Shown: piece by piece, positions 1-12,100 of the stretch
Position numbering within the stretch: position 1 is the stretch's first letter
How the letters are laid out: every line of letters begins with the position of its first letter
From: Chiloscyllium plagiosum
Taxonomy: Eukaryota
Length of the DNA stretch: 64,000 bases
Direction of reading: 5' to 3'
Assembly (NCBI RefSeq): GCF_004010195.1
Contig: NC_057719.1
Span: 17,240,893-17,304,892 of the forward strand
The notes under the pieces: generated by a model
The model's database searches: none
The model's input: only the letters and a program-made list of their open reading frames with translations
What the model was told of the DNA's origin: nothing
Program-made: the position numbers and the translations under genes

Positions 1-754
1 AGAGTGATTTAATAGCGCTACCATTGACTAATATGGTCAGATCCTGATGGACATACCTACAACACTGGGTCTTTGAGAGGTGGTAATGGAATGAACAAGA
101 GGAAAGAAAACATTCTAAACCTCATCCTCGCCAATCTACCTGTTGTGGATACATCTGTCCATGAGAGTTGGGCAGGAATGACAACTACACAGTCCTTGTG
201 GAAACAGAGTCTCATCTTCATGTCGTGGACATCATTCATCATTTTCTATTGCACTGATATCATTGTTACAATCCAAGAACAGGCCCTCAGATTATGTTAC
301 AATTTGATAAGACAGCATTAAGTAGACAAAATGTGAGACCTAGAAAACTTACTAAGAGAATGAAGCCAATAGATTCCACAGTTTTGAAGAAACAACAATA
401 CATTTTATTATACAATGTGAGAACAGTGATACAATCTATAACACATATAGAACTTATATTCAATAAAGTTAAAATTCACATAACACCAAGTTGTAGTCCA
501 AGAGGTTTATTTGGAAGTTGGACTATAACTTGGTGCTGTGGGTTATTATTTTTGACCACCCCAGTTCAATACCAGCACCTCCACATCATTATATTCAATA
601 AACACTGGTCCACTCAGCAACATCCATTTCATGAATGATTTAAAAAATGTCATTTGCACTCAGCACATTCCCACAAATACAATGAGGCAAATGGCCAATT
701 AAAAGCTGTTAATGGTTTTGATGGAGCTATTGCCTCAGTTTTCAGTTTCATAAT

Positions 755-1325
755 CATTGGAGGCAGTTCAGAGAAGGTTTACTAGGATAATCCCTGGTAC
801 AGAGGGATTGTTTAATGAGCAAAGGTTAAACATGTTGTGATTTTACTGCAGTTTAGAAGAATGAGAGGTAGTCTCATTGACAGGCTAAATGCTGTAAATC
901 TAAATGGGAGAAAGTGAGGACTGCAGATGCTGAAAATCAGAGCTTAAAAATGTGTTGCTGGAAAAGCGCAGCAGGTCAGGCAGCATCAAAGGAACAGGAG
1001 AATCGATGTTTCGGGCATAAGCCCTTTCTCAGGAATAGTCTAGGGAAAGTCTAGGACCAGAGGGCATTGTTTCAGAATAAAGGAGCACCAATTCCAGACA
1101 GATAATAAGGGAGTTTCTCTCAGAGGATTGAGAGTCTTTGGAACTCTTTGCCACAGAGAACTATGGGGTAGAGTCCTCGGGCATATTTAAGAGTGAGATA
1201 GATAGATTCTTGATCAGTCAGGGAACCGAGGGTTATGGGGAAACCCCAGCCACGATCCTATTCAATGGAGTAGCAGGCTTGAAGGCCCAAATGGCCTACT
1301 CCTGTTCCTATTGCTTACGGTCTTA
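755..1325 (+). mobile_element. CR1/HER1-type LINE 3' fragment, interrupted by a PLE fragment
   Basis: CR1 3' motifs (ttggaggcagttcagagaaggtttactagg; gagatagatagattcttg; tail aatggcctactcctgttcctat); ORF 1138-1326 reads FKSEIDRFL. Confidence 0.8.
907..1036 (-). mobile_element. Penelope-like (Neptune-type) pLTR/3' end fragment with decayed hammerhead
   Basis: ggagaaagtgaggactgcagatgctg...gtttcgggcataagcccttt; same family as the GIY-YIG-linked copy at 45931-46600; minus strand reads ATTC-CTGAGAA-AGGGCTTATGCCC-GAAACATC. Confidence 0.8.
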
Positions 1326-2074
1326 AAGAAATCAATTATTCAGTTGTTGAGTTGGCTGAGACTTTCATTTTCAACCTGGATAATAAAAGAAAAATGGCCG
1401 TCATGAAAGAAAACAACAAGTCGGAATCAAAGCCTGAAACAAATAGTTCACAAACTGTGGTAAAAAGTCAGCACCATGTTGGAGGCTATAACATGTGATT
1501 CAAAAGAAAGGCAGAAGGACATACTAGAAACCTCCTGAGGAGTTGTGACAGAGATTTTGTCTTGAGGTCTAGTTAAATCTCATGGAATTCAAATATCAAA
1601 GAGTAACAATGTGGTTCTTGCCACTGTCACCCAAACTAAGCTAATGGTGCCATCTTTTAATCAGGAATATGGGGAAAATGTACACAATGTGCTAAGTCGG
1701 AAGAGTGGCATTCTGCAAGGCATGAGGGAAAGCGATGCCACTTGGAATAAAACAAATTCTCCATTGTACAAGGGAAGAAACTAAAAAATCATATAAGTTA
1801 GACTTTCTAACTGTTACATGTAAATAGTCAATCCATGTAAGAACATTGTGTAGGAGTGAGACATTGGGTAAGCGATTCATAAATATATTGTGTGTAGTAA
1901 GTTATTTCTTAAAATGTGCAGAATGTAAAATCATACAAATTGACTTTTTTCAGAGAATGGTTTTGCAAAATCGTCACTTCATTGACAAGTTTTCATCATT
2001 TGGGGAAGTATTGCACAAATAAATTTTGTATGATTGTTATATAATGCGAATGTCTTTTTAATTTCAGCTAAAGT

Positions 2075-3232
2075 AAAGGGAAAAAGGGGGTTATGTGACC
2101 TATTTCTGAATTTTGCCAAGCAAGAATCTTGGACAATGGTTCGTGCAGGGTGGCAGGGGGAGGTACCAAGGTTGACTTGTGGAAAGACTGCATGAGTCAT
2201 AATCTCTAAATTTCACAGAGAGGTGTTAGGAATGCCTGGTTTTGTAAATGATCATAATATAAACTGCCTATGTCATTTCAAGACAAAATGAAGTTTGGAT
2301 TTAAAAGATAGACCATCAACATTTCTATCTGGATACAAGGCTATATTATTCACACTGCCATGGAGATGAGGGAGCAACTGTTATGCTATCGACCTACAGG
2401 GCTCTTCCTGACATACGTCTGAGCCTCACAAACAGGTCTGCAAGTATAGGTATCTGAGAGAGAGAGAGAAAGAGAGGTGGAGGCATCTATTCTGTATTGT
2501 TAATTATGCAGCATGTTGCTGGGAACTTAAGTTGAAGAGACCAAGTTTGTGATGATTTAAAAGCATCTGGAAGATTCACCCAGCTTTGACTAGAGGGTAG
2601 GCCCACCACAGTAGCCCACAGCATGGAAGTCAATTCAGGGATTAGGTTCATAGGCTTATAGTGTAATATAGCCCAGAATGGCCCTTTGGCCCATTGAGTC
2701 TGTGCTAACATATTTACACAAATCCCATTTACCAGCATTTGGCCCATAGCCTTGAATGCTTTGACATTTCAAGTGCTCATCCATGTACTTTTTAAAGGTT
2801 ATGAGTTTTCCCGCCTCAACAACTCTCCCAGGCAGTGCACTCCAAATTACAATCACTCTGTGGGTGAAATACTATTTCCTCAAATCACCCCTGAATCTTC
2901 TCCTTTTCACCTTAAGCTAAGGGAAAAACAAGCTGCTTCCATACCCCTCATAATGCCACGTACCTCATTTAAAAGTTGCCTGACTGGAAAAGCAAAGATG
3001 AAGCAAACTATTGAGAGCCAAGAATAACTTTGAACCTGGACAATGATATGTGTCCATCAGAGAGTCTTTTCTGTTGTTTAGAACATAGGTTAAGTACTGC
3101 AATAATGTTGCTTTTAGCTTGTTTGGTATAGTAAAACTCTTAAAACTTGAAATCTTGCCATGTAATCCTTCCAGCCAGCAGGAAGTTTGAAATTCTTTTC
3201 AAAAATTATTGGTCTTTATGGGACTCATAACA
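2075..3232 (+). mobile_element. Putative Gypsy-type LTR preceded by a polypurine tract, with a nested CR1 fragment
   Basis: Purine run aaagggaaaaaggggg (2075-2090) followed by ttaTGTGAC; ends ...cataACA (3232); last ~90 bp resemble the end of the 53955-54885 element. Confidence 0.45.
2668..2960 (-). mobile_element. CR1/HER1 LINE 3' end
   Basis: Minus ORF 2656-2856 (WSALPGRVVEAG..ITFKKYMDEHL..QGYGPNAGKWD) is the typical HER1 C-terminus/3'UTR. Confidence 0.8.
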
Positions 3233-3789
3233 ACATCACCAGTTCTTACAAAAAACTAGATTCAGAACATCAAAATTAGCAGCTCTTGATAGCAAACAAA
3301 AGTTTCCAGTACTGAAGTTTCCTTTTAACAGGGATTAGTGTTATTAGCAATTCACTTTTGTGTTTGCACTAGAGTTTCTAAACAGGCTGGATCAGGCTTC
3401 TACTACGACAAAACAACATGCTTCAAAATCAGGACCTTACTAAAGCAAAAATGCTCACTGTACAAAGTAAAAATCAAAAGAACTGCAGGTACAGTCAATC
3501 AGAAACAAAAAGAGAAATTGCTGAAAAAGCTCAGCATATCTGGCAGCACCTGATAAGAGAAATCAGAGTTAATGTTTCAAATCAAATGACCCTTCCTCAG
3601 AACTGAGTGTGTGGTTACTGTACAGTCTAACAGCTGTTTTCGGCCCATCTCCCCTTCATGTGTGGCTTAGTAGAGCTGCTGTAACATGTGGTTCCAAGGC
3701 TTCATCCATTAGATGAACATTAACGTAACTGGAATAATATGTGCTGGTGTTTTCTTTCCTGTCAGCAAAAAATAAAGAGTTGCAAATTA

Positions 3790-4090
3790 TATATTCCTTC
3801 TCGTGATCCTCAGGGCTTCCAAAAGCAATCTACAGCCAACTGAATATCTTTGAAATATAATGTAAGGAAATGCAGCAACCAATTTGCACACAGCAAAATC
3901 CCGCAAAAAATAATGACCAGACAATTTGCACTTTTGCATGAAGTGATGTTGATTGATGGCCAATTGTTAGCCAGGATTTGAGAGGGAACTCCCATGGTTT
4001 CCTTACAAATTGTGCTTTGAGACCTTTCAGTCTCACCTGAAAGAATAAATTGGTCTTTGGTTTAATTACCCATCTGATAGGGTACACTTC
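3790..4090 (-). mobile_element. Deu-domain SINE (SacSINE1/AmnSINE-like)
   Basis: Reverse complement of Deu core and tail: aatgtaaggaaatgcagcaaccaatttgcacacagcaaaatcccgc...gaccagacaatttg...gtgatgttgattga. Confidence 0.7.
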
Positions 4091-4519
4091 AAAGGAATCT
4101 AAAGCAAACGACATTAGGTGTCAGGATTATCTTAGTGAGCAAAACGTAAACATTGAAAGGTAATTTTTTGATGGCATTATTAAGGACTCTGCAGAGATCC
4201 ACACCACTCCCCCCCCCCTCCCCCCAAACTCACTCTTATTGAGAAGACTTTGTCAGTTATCAGGGATGTGGGCCAGGAGCAGGCAGGTGTTTAGTTTGGG
4301 ACAATGTTTGGCATGGACTGGTTGGACAATGGTGACTATTTCTGTGCTGTATGACTCTATATTGAAACAAACTGGTTGAGGAATGACATGATCACATCTA
4401 CAAGCTCGTCATTTCTTGTTGCACCATCGAGCATCATTCTAGTGAATGGTCATTGAGTAATACATTATTTGTGATTGTGGTTATCAATAATGGATTGGGA
4501 ATTCTTTTCTATGTTACAG

Positions 4520-4598
4520 GAATCTCAGAGGCACGGTTATAATGATTGCATGACTTTATCCAAAGGGATAAAGCTCTTCTTACAGACGATAAAAATTG
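4520..4598 (+). other. Candidate isolated exon (79 nt), coding status unknown
   Basis: Acceptor ttcttttctatgttacag, donor G|gtgagt; one open frame ESQRHGYNDCMTLSKGIKLFLQTIKI; no recognisable homology. Confidence 0.3.
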
Positions 4599-5959
4599 GT
4601 GAGTAACACTGTGCAAAAAGGGATTGGTCCATCTGATTCATTCAAAGTGGTCTTTGAGTTCATTAATTTTGCACTATTGCTACAACAACTTGACACCTTA
4701 GCTTCATCATATGTGTTAAAGAGACGCTACCATTGAACTTGAACTTTCAAATAATCAAATTGTGTGCCATCAGGAAATTCCACCCAAAACACCCAAGAAA
4801 CTATTGGGGCCCAACATGATTTAATCATGAAAACAGATAGTAAATTTGCATCTGAACCAAAATTTTTGAAGCCAATGTAGTTTCCCTCTTTTGTCGGTAA
4901 TAAAGATTTTTTTTTACATGAAAGCAATATACTGCAAATGCTGGCAAACAGAAATAAGAACAAAAATGTGCTGTAAAAAAACAGCAGGTCAAGCAGCATC
5001 TGCCAAGAGAATCAGATTTAAAGTGAAATATGGACAGCTTCAGTTCGGCATTATGTTTTCTGTTAAAGGTAGCCCAAGAATATGAAAGTTGAAATGTTTA
5101 CAGTTACGCAGCTTTTACATTCCAGGCTTTGTACCAGTCCTGAAGTGTTGATAAAAGTTCTAGAAAATTTGGAAGATCCTTCCTTCTCCAACATTGACAT
5201 TCCTCCCTTCAAAAGCACAGAATCCCTCATGGCACCTCATGAGTATTTATTTTTGCTGAGAGATCCTGTACACATATGTGGGAACGAATGGAGCACACAA
5301 GCCAAGTTGGGAGGTCTGAGGTTACCATCAATACCAGGGGGGCACTGCAGTCTAATGTAAGAGTTGGAGCAAATTGATTAGCAATCGCACTTTCCAGTAA
5401 TGAAACTTTAATGATTACAAAATGGTTATGAAACATATTCATATTGCATGGAATGTGTTGTAATCCAACAGTTTGTACTTTGGGTGCTGTCTCTTCTTGT
5501 CTAGCCTGCGGCATTTCTACAAACCAGAGCAGCTGGCCTGATATTGTGAACATAAGTAAATATAAGACCTTCACCGGATAATTCATTAAGGCCTTGAAGT
5601 TGCGCTGCATAATATCACTTAACCTTCTGGAATGGATTGGTTAGTGTTTACATTAAACCAGCAGTCAAAGGAATTCAGTAAGAGATCATTGAATGTATAA
5701 GTGCTAATCTTGGACAGCATGACATCAATACCATTATTTGATTATTAAGCATATTGATAAACTAGTAAATGATCCAACTTTTCATAGTAAGAACAGAAGC
5801 AATGAAGATAATCCTCTCGAACTCACAACTTCTTCCAGTTACCATAATCCATCCCATTCAGCGGTTCCTTTATTTCTGTCTTCTATGTTCTCATTCTCTT
5901 AAAGTTGATCAGTGTCTTCTACATCCAAAATTATCCAAATGCTGCCCCTCAGTTAGATT

Positions 5960-6495
5960 ATTCAAATGAATGAGATTACATTCATTCAGGCAGTACTACC
6001 TTGTCTACCTTGACTTCAGCTTCTATCCTCTTCCAGTTAATTCAATCTGAACGCAATAATCAGTATCGTGGTGCATTTGTTTATTTTTAAGATGAATTTC
6101 TAAGTATCACATCCTGAAGAAGACCACATTTATTCCCACCTCCGCAGTATCTGCCATTGTACTTCAATTAGTTGGTTACTGAACCCTTTATTCATACTGT
6201 CATCACCTCTAGGCTTGACTTCCCCAATGTTATTATTACTAACCTCTTTGGTTTAGCACTGTATAAAGTTTAATTTATCCCAAAGCCTCAGTTCTTCTTG
6301 GCCAATGATTTCCCAGTCTCCAAATTGCTCTCATTCTTCTCAAAATTCTCACCCATAGTCGTGGCTTTGGCCACGTTTTCATTCAACAGCTGCCTTCCCA
6401 TTCATATTTCATCAATGATCAATGTCTGGTCACCACCTCGGTGAAACACCTCAGGCTATTTAAATGTATAAGCTTAAAGCACGTTGTAACTTGAG
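5960..6495 (+). mobile_element. Old L2-clade LINE 3' fragment
   Basis: gaacccttttattcatactgtcatcacctctaggcttgacttccccaat resembles L2 ETLIHAFVTSRLDYSN; tail ...ggctatttaaatgtataagc...ttgtaac. Confidence 0.6.
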
Positions 6496-7025
6496 CAAAT
6501 CCAAAAGAGGAAGGAAGAATTAAATTACTGTGACTTTTTATTTTAATGCCCCTGTGACTCCAAGCCCAATTGCACAAAAATTTGCAAATCTTCTTTGTAC
6601 CCAAAAAAAATTGCATTAACCAGGCCCATTAAAAACCACGGCCAAAAGTATACATTTTCTTTTCATTCATCCACTATCTTGTGATCCGAAACTTACCCTA
6701 CAGCAAGTAAGAGGTAATTTAGGACTCAGCACAAAACCCGCGCTTGCAGGCAGAAACTGGAAGTTGCAGCGCATTAATCTACTTCATTTAGTGTCTCAGA
6801 GGGATTTTAGATTCATATCAAAAATCTGTCGTCCATTGAAAGAAAAGTCTTTATAGTACATTGCTGTTGAGCATTTATTTATTTATTGTGCTGAAACCAC
6901 TAGCTGAGTTTTAAAGAAGAACAAACAGTAAAAAAAATGGCTTATACAGCAGCTTCTAAAATGGCCGACTATTTGCCTATAAATTGCAAAATCATTAAAA
7001 TGGAGTTAGACTGTCTATAAGAACA

Positions 7026-7178
7026 GGCAGCATCCGAGGAGCAGGAGGGTTGACATTTCAGGCATAAACCCTTCAATGTCGACTCTCCTGCTCTTCGGAC
7101 GCTGTCTGACCTGCTGTGCTTTTCCAGCACCTCACGTCTGGACTCTGATCTCCAGCATCTGCAGTTCTCACTTTCTCC
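7026..7178 (+). mobile_element. PLE micro-insertion (inverted pLTR hairpin) with 15-bp TSD
   Basis: ctgtctataagaaca duplicated at 7011-7025 and 7179-7193; internal inverted repeat ggcagcatccgaggagcaggag / ctcctgctcttcggacgctgtc. Confidence 0.85.
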
Positions 7179-7499
7179 CTGTCTATAAGAACACATCAGA
7201 GACAGTCACCTTTGTGAAATGTGAAAGACCCCATCCTTTTATGTCATTCACAAAACATTCAAACACCACCACATTTAGCTGGGGGTGGAGTAAGCCATTC
7301 GATGTAAATCACTTTGGGTAATGAAACTTCACTGAGAATGGAAATCGTGCAGCCATAATTTTATCATGTATAAACCATGGACCTGGAATCAACTTTGGTA
7401 TGACCACATTTGCACAATTGACCAGCTGATGAGAAGAGATTACAGGATAAGTAGACTGAACCTATTTTGTAAAATAGGAGCAAAATACCCCCAAATTTA

Positions 7500-7822
7500 G
7501 TGGCCCAGTGGTTAGCACTGCTACCTCACAGTACCAGGGTCCCAGGTTCGATTCCAGCCTCAGTGTAGAGTTTGCACATTCTCCCCATGTCTGCATGGGT
7601 TTCCTCTGGGTGCTCCGGTTTCCTCCCACGGTCGGCATGGACGGGTTGGACCGAAGGGTCTGTTTCCATGCTGTACATCTCTATGACTCTATGTGCAAGT
7701 CAGGTGAATTGGCCATGCTAAATTGCCCAGTGTTAGGTGCATTAGTCAGAGGGGAAAAGGGTCTGGGTGGGTTACTCTTCGGAGGGTCGGTGTGGACTGT
7801 TGGGGAATCTAATCTAATCTAA
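7500..7822 (+). mobile_element. HE1 V-SINE with internal HER1-tail insertion
   Basis: tRNA-like A/B boxes (cagtggttagcactgc, ggttcgattcc), V-domain gagtttgcacattctcccc...ccggtttcctccc, AATCT tail. Confidence 0.85.
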
Positions 7823-7875
7823 TCTATCATTATCCCAGCTGCCTTCCCCCAGGCCCACTCCTCCTCCCATTTTGT

Positions 7876-8192
7876 GGGCAGCACAGTGGTTAGCACTGCT
7901 GCCTCTCAGCGCCAGAGACCCGGGTTCAATTCCCGCCTCAGGCGACTGACTGTGTGGAGTTTGCACATTCTCCCCGTGTCTGTGTGGGTTTCCTCCGGGT
8001 GCTCCGGTTTCCTCCCACAGTCCAAAGATGTGCAGGTCAGGTGAATTGGCCATGCTTAATTGCCCGTAGTGTTAGGTAAGGGGTAAATGTAGGGGTATGG
8101 GTGGGTTGCGCTTCGGCTGGACGGTGTGGACTTGTTGGGCCGAAGGGCCTGTTTCCACACTGTAAATAATCTAATCTAATCTAATCTAATCT
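7876..8192 (+). mobile_element. HE1 V-SINE, near full length
   Basis: gggcagcacagtggttagcactgctgcctc...ggttcaattccc, V-domain, LINE-derived tail gggccgaagggcctgtttccacactgt and (AATCT)5. Confidence 0.92.
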
Positions 8193-8204
8193 ACTGCAGA
8201 AAGA

Positions 8205-8728
8205 GTCATACGATTGTAGATGTACAGCATAGAAACAGACCACCAATCCAACTTGTCCATGCCGACCAGATATCCTAAATTAATCTCGTCTCATTTTTGC
8301 CAGCATTTGACTCATATCCCTCTAAAACCTTCCTCTCCATAAACCCATCCAGATGACTTTTAAATGTAATTGTACCAGCTTCCACCAATTCCTCTGGCAG
8401 CTCAATCCATACACGCACCACCCTCTACATGAAAAAGTTGCCCCTTAGGTTCCTTTTAAATCTTCTAATTTTGGACTCCCCTACCCTGGGGGAAAAAGAC
8501 CTTGGCTATTTACTATCAATGCTCCTCATAACTTTATAAACTTCTATTAGGTCAACTCTCAGCCTCTGATCCTCCAGAGAAAACAGCCCCAGCCGATTCA
8601 GCCTCTCCCTATAGTTCAATCTCTCCAAGCCTGGCAACATCCTTGTAAATCTTTTCTGAACCTTTTCAAGTTCCTTATCATCCTTACAATAGCAGGGAGA
8701 CCAGAATTGAATGCATTATTCCAAATAG
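8205..8728 (-). mobile_element. HER1/CR1 LINE 3' fragment
   Basis: Reverse-complement HER1 tail (gatgtacagcatagaaacagacc...catgccgaccagatatcc) running into RT C-terminal coding sequence. Confidence 0.85.
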
Positions 8729-9112
8729 ATGATGAGATCTGAAATTAAAAAGAACATGGAAAATGCAGGAGAAATGCAACAGGTCAGACAACATCCACTG
8801 AGAAAGAAAGATAATGTTTTGAGTCCAGTACGACATTTTATTGTTGTAAACAATTGTCTTTCTACAGGCCAACATCAGGAGAAGAGATGCAGAAAAGGAA
8901 GGATACTGAGAGTGTAATCTCCCTCTCTCACACCTAAACATCCTGTAAGACCGATTGCTGTCTGTTATTTCAGCAGATATCTGCCACAAACAGTGTCTCA
9001 CAACCTACATAGTAGCTGTTGACTCCTGGAAAGCAAATACTGTAGAAACTTCCAATCAACATCTTTATATTGTCCCAACACCCAATTTGGAAATCCCTCA
9101 AGTCCAGACTGA

Positions 9113-9405
9113 ACTAGAGGGCATAGGTTTAGGGTGAGAGGGGAAAGATATAAAACAGACCTAAGGGGCAACTTTTTCACACAGAGGGTGGTACGGGTAT
9201 GGAATAAGATGCCAGAGGAAGTGGTGGAGGCTGGTACAACTGCAACATTTAAGAGGCATTAGGATGGGTATTTGAAAAGGAAGGGTTTGGAGGGACATGG
9301 GCCGGGTGCTGGCAGGTGGGACGAGATTGAGTTGGGATATCTGGTCGGCATGGACGGTTTGCATCGAAGGGTCTGTTTCCATGCTGTACATCTCTATGAC
9401 GCTAT
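9113..9405 (+). mobile_element. HER1/CR1 LINE 3' end (young)
   Basis: actagagggcataggtttagggtgagagggg...gaagggtctgtttccatgctgtacatctctatgac. Confidence 0.88.
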
Positions 9406-9878
9406 AATAAATCCATGTAAAGTAGATTGCTTTTGCCTTTAAAACTACTTACCCTGTCTGACTACATTGTGACTGAATTGTTTGTATGTGTGTGAGCATT
9501 GGAGTGTTTTTATTATTTTTATTTAGATCAAGGGTAAAATAAAACAAATATTCTCTTTTCTTTTAAAAGACTTCTAAGAAAACCTGTGTGTGTGCATGTG
9601 CATGTAAAACAGTTAAGCACTCATTGAATTGACGAGCACATTCTTTCTGAAGAAAAGACCTGTTGCAGTCAAATGAGGATTGGAAAACAGGTGAGGCCAT
9701 TCTATCCCTTTCCATCTGACCCTAACTGTGTGGGTGTTGGGCGACCAGCATTTGATGTATTTGAATGAAGTTCTATTTTGTGAGGCAACCTTTAACCGAA
9801 TGTGGCCTTAAGGAAACTTTACAAAATTGAAGCAAGTGGGAATGAGGAGGGAAAAATCCTCTCTCTGTTCGCCATGTA

Positions 9879-10232
9879 CAATCACAGAATCCCTACAGTG
9901 TGAAAGCCAGTCATTTAGCCCATTGAGTCGCCACCGGCCTTCCGAAGAGTGTCCTACCCAGAGCCATCGCCCCTATCCTATAATCCTGCATTTCCCATGG
10001 GTAATCCACCCAGCCTACACATCCCTGGACAGTATGGGCGATTTAGCATGGCTAATCCACCTAACCTTCACATCTTTGGACTTTGGAAGGAAACCGGAGC
10101 ACCCGGAGGAAACCCACGTAGACACAGACAGAACACACAAACTCCAGACAGACAGTTGCCCAAGGATGGAATCAAATCTGGATCTCTGGCGCTGTGAGGC
10201 AGCAGTGCTAACCACTGAGCCACCATGCTGCC
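9879..10232 (-). mobile_element. HE1 V-SINE
   Basis: Reverse complement of HE1 head (gcagtgctaaccactgagccaccatgctgcc) and V-domain (ggaaaccggagcacccggaggaaacccac). Confidence 0.88.
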
Positions 10233-10424
10233 ATAAATGTGCAAGGCACGAGTGAGGAATGCAATTGAACACTCTCCACTTGCCTGGGCAAGTGTGCAAC
10301 CAGAAACATTCAAGATGCTTCAGACCACGCAGAACAAAACAACTCAGTCAGTTTCTCATCCAGCAAGTGAAACACACATTCAACCCATCGGTAATGCATG
10401 GTAGCAGTACTGTGTATGATGTAC

Positions 10425-12100
10425 AGGATAAATCCCCAGATCCTGATAATCTGCATTCCAGAGCACTTAAGGAAATGGCCTGAGAAACAGTGGTTGCATT
10501 GGTGGTCAATTTAGACTGTGGAACAGTTCCTGCAGATTGGAGAGTAGCTAATGTAATGCCTTTACTTAAAAAGAGAGATAGAGAGAAAGCAAGGAACAGA
10601 TCAGCGAGTCTGACATTGGAAGATACTCGAGTCCATTATCAAGGATTTTATAGCATAGCACTTAAAAAATAGTGCGAGAATCAGACATGGTTAGCAACGA
10701 ATTACAAAAGGAAATCATGCTATATAAATCTACTGGAATTCTTAGAGTTGATCAGGGAAGTCAGTAGTTGTGGCTCATTTGAACTTTCTGAAGGCTTTCA
10801 GCAGAATCGCAGATAAGAGATTAATGGGTAAAATTAAATAACATGGGATTGGGGTCATGTATTGAGATGGATAGAAAATTGGTTAGCAGACAGGAAACAT
10901 AGAATAGGAATAAATGAGTCCTTTTCTAAATTGAAGACAGTGACTAATGGGGTACTGCAGGAATTGGTACTGGAATCCCAGCTGTTCATGAAACCTGATG
11001 AAGGGCATTTGCCCGAAACATCAATTTTCATGCTCCTCAGATGCTGCCTGACCTGCTTTGCTTTTCCAGCACCACTCTCTTTACTCTAATCTCCAGCATT
11101 TGCAGTACTCACTTTCGCCTATTCTTAAATCACGTTAATGATTTAGATGAAGGAACTAAAGGTAATATCTCAAAATTTGCAGATGATACAAAGCTGGGTG
11201 GAAGGATGAGTTGTGAGGAAAATGTAAAGATGTTGCAGTGTGAACTGGACAGGCTGTGTGACCAATATAATCTGATGTGGATAAGTGTGAGATTACGCAC
11301 TTTGAAAGCAAAAAGAGGAAGGCAGATTATTATCTAAATGGCTGTAAGGTGAGAGAGGCTGTAAAGTACAACAAGACCTGGATTACCTTGTGTGCCAGTC
11401 ACTGAAAGTAAGTGTGCAGATGCCTCAGGTGGTAAAGAATGCAAACTGCACGTTGGCCTTCACAGCTGGAGGATTCCAGTGCAGGAACATGGAGGCCTTA
11501 CTGTAAGGCCATTGGTGAGGCTGCACCAGAAATATTGAGCGCAGTTTGCACCCCTTACCTGATGAAGGATATTCGTGCTCTCGAGGGAGTATTGCAAAGG
11601 TTGACTAATTTGATTCCTGAGATGAGCAGGACATGTATGTAATCTAATCTAAAAAAAAAAGACAGATGTTTGAGGAGAGATTGAGCCGGATAGGCTTGTA
11701 CTCGCTGCAGTTCAGAAGAATGAGAGAGGATCTCATGGAAACCTATAAAATTCTAACAGGACTAGCCAGGTTGGATGCCGGAAGGATGTTCCTGATGGTG
11801 GAGGAGGGGGTCATACTTCAGGGATAAGGGGTAAAGCTTTAGAACTGTGATAAGGAGAAATTTCTTCATCCAGAGAGTGGTGAGCCTGTGCAATTTACTA
11901 TCACAGAAAGTGGTTGAGGTCAAAACATTATGTATTTTCAAGAAGGAGGTAGATGTAGCTCTTGTGGCTAAAGGGATGAAAGGATATAGCGGGGAGGATG
12001 AGATTAGGGTATTGAGCTTGATGATCAGCCATGATCATATTGAATGGTGGAGCTGGCTTGAGGGATCAAATGGCCTACTGCTGCTATCGTCTATGTTTCT
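10425..12100 (+). mobile_element. CR1 LINE ORF2 reverse-transcriptase fragment (frameshifted)
   Basis: Peptides KSPDPDNLHSRALKEMA, VPADWRVANVMPLLKK, RWIENWLADRKHRIGIN, ISKFADDTKLGG, RRNFFIQRVV in several frames; CR1 tail at ~12070-12100. Confidence 0.9.
10990..11118 (+). mobile_element. PLE pLTR fragment nested in CR1, with hammerhead core
   Basis: cCTGATGAagggcatttgcccGAAAcatc followed by gatgctgcctgacctgc...ctcactttc. Confidence 0.8.

Noticed and set aside
7876..7945. tRNA gene
   Set aside because: tRNA-derived head of HE1 SINE, continuous with the V-domain; same for the other A/B-box hits
9827..10313. Overlapping ORFs with NPPNLHIFGLWKETGAPGGNP peptide
   Set aside because: Spurious translations of HE1 SINE
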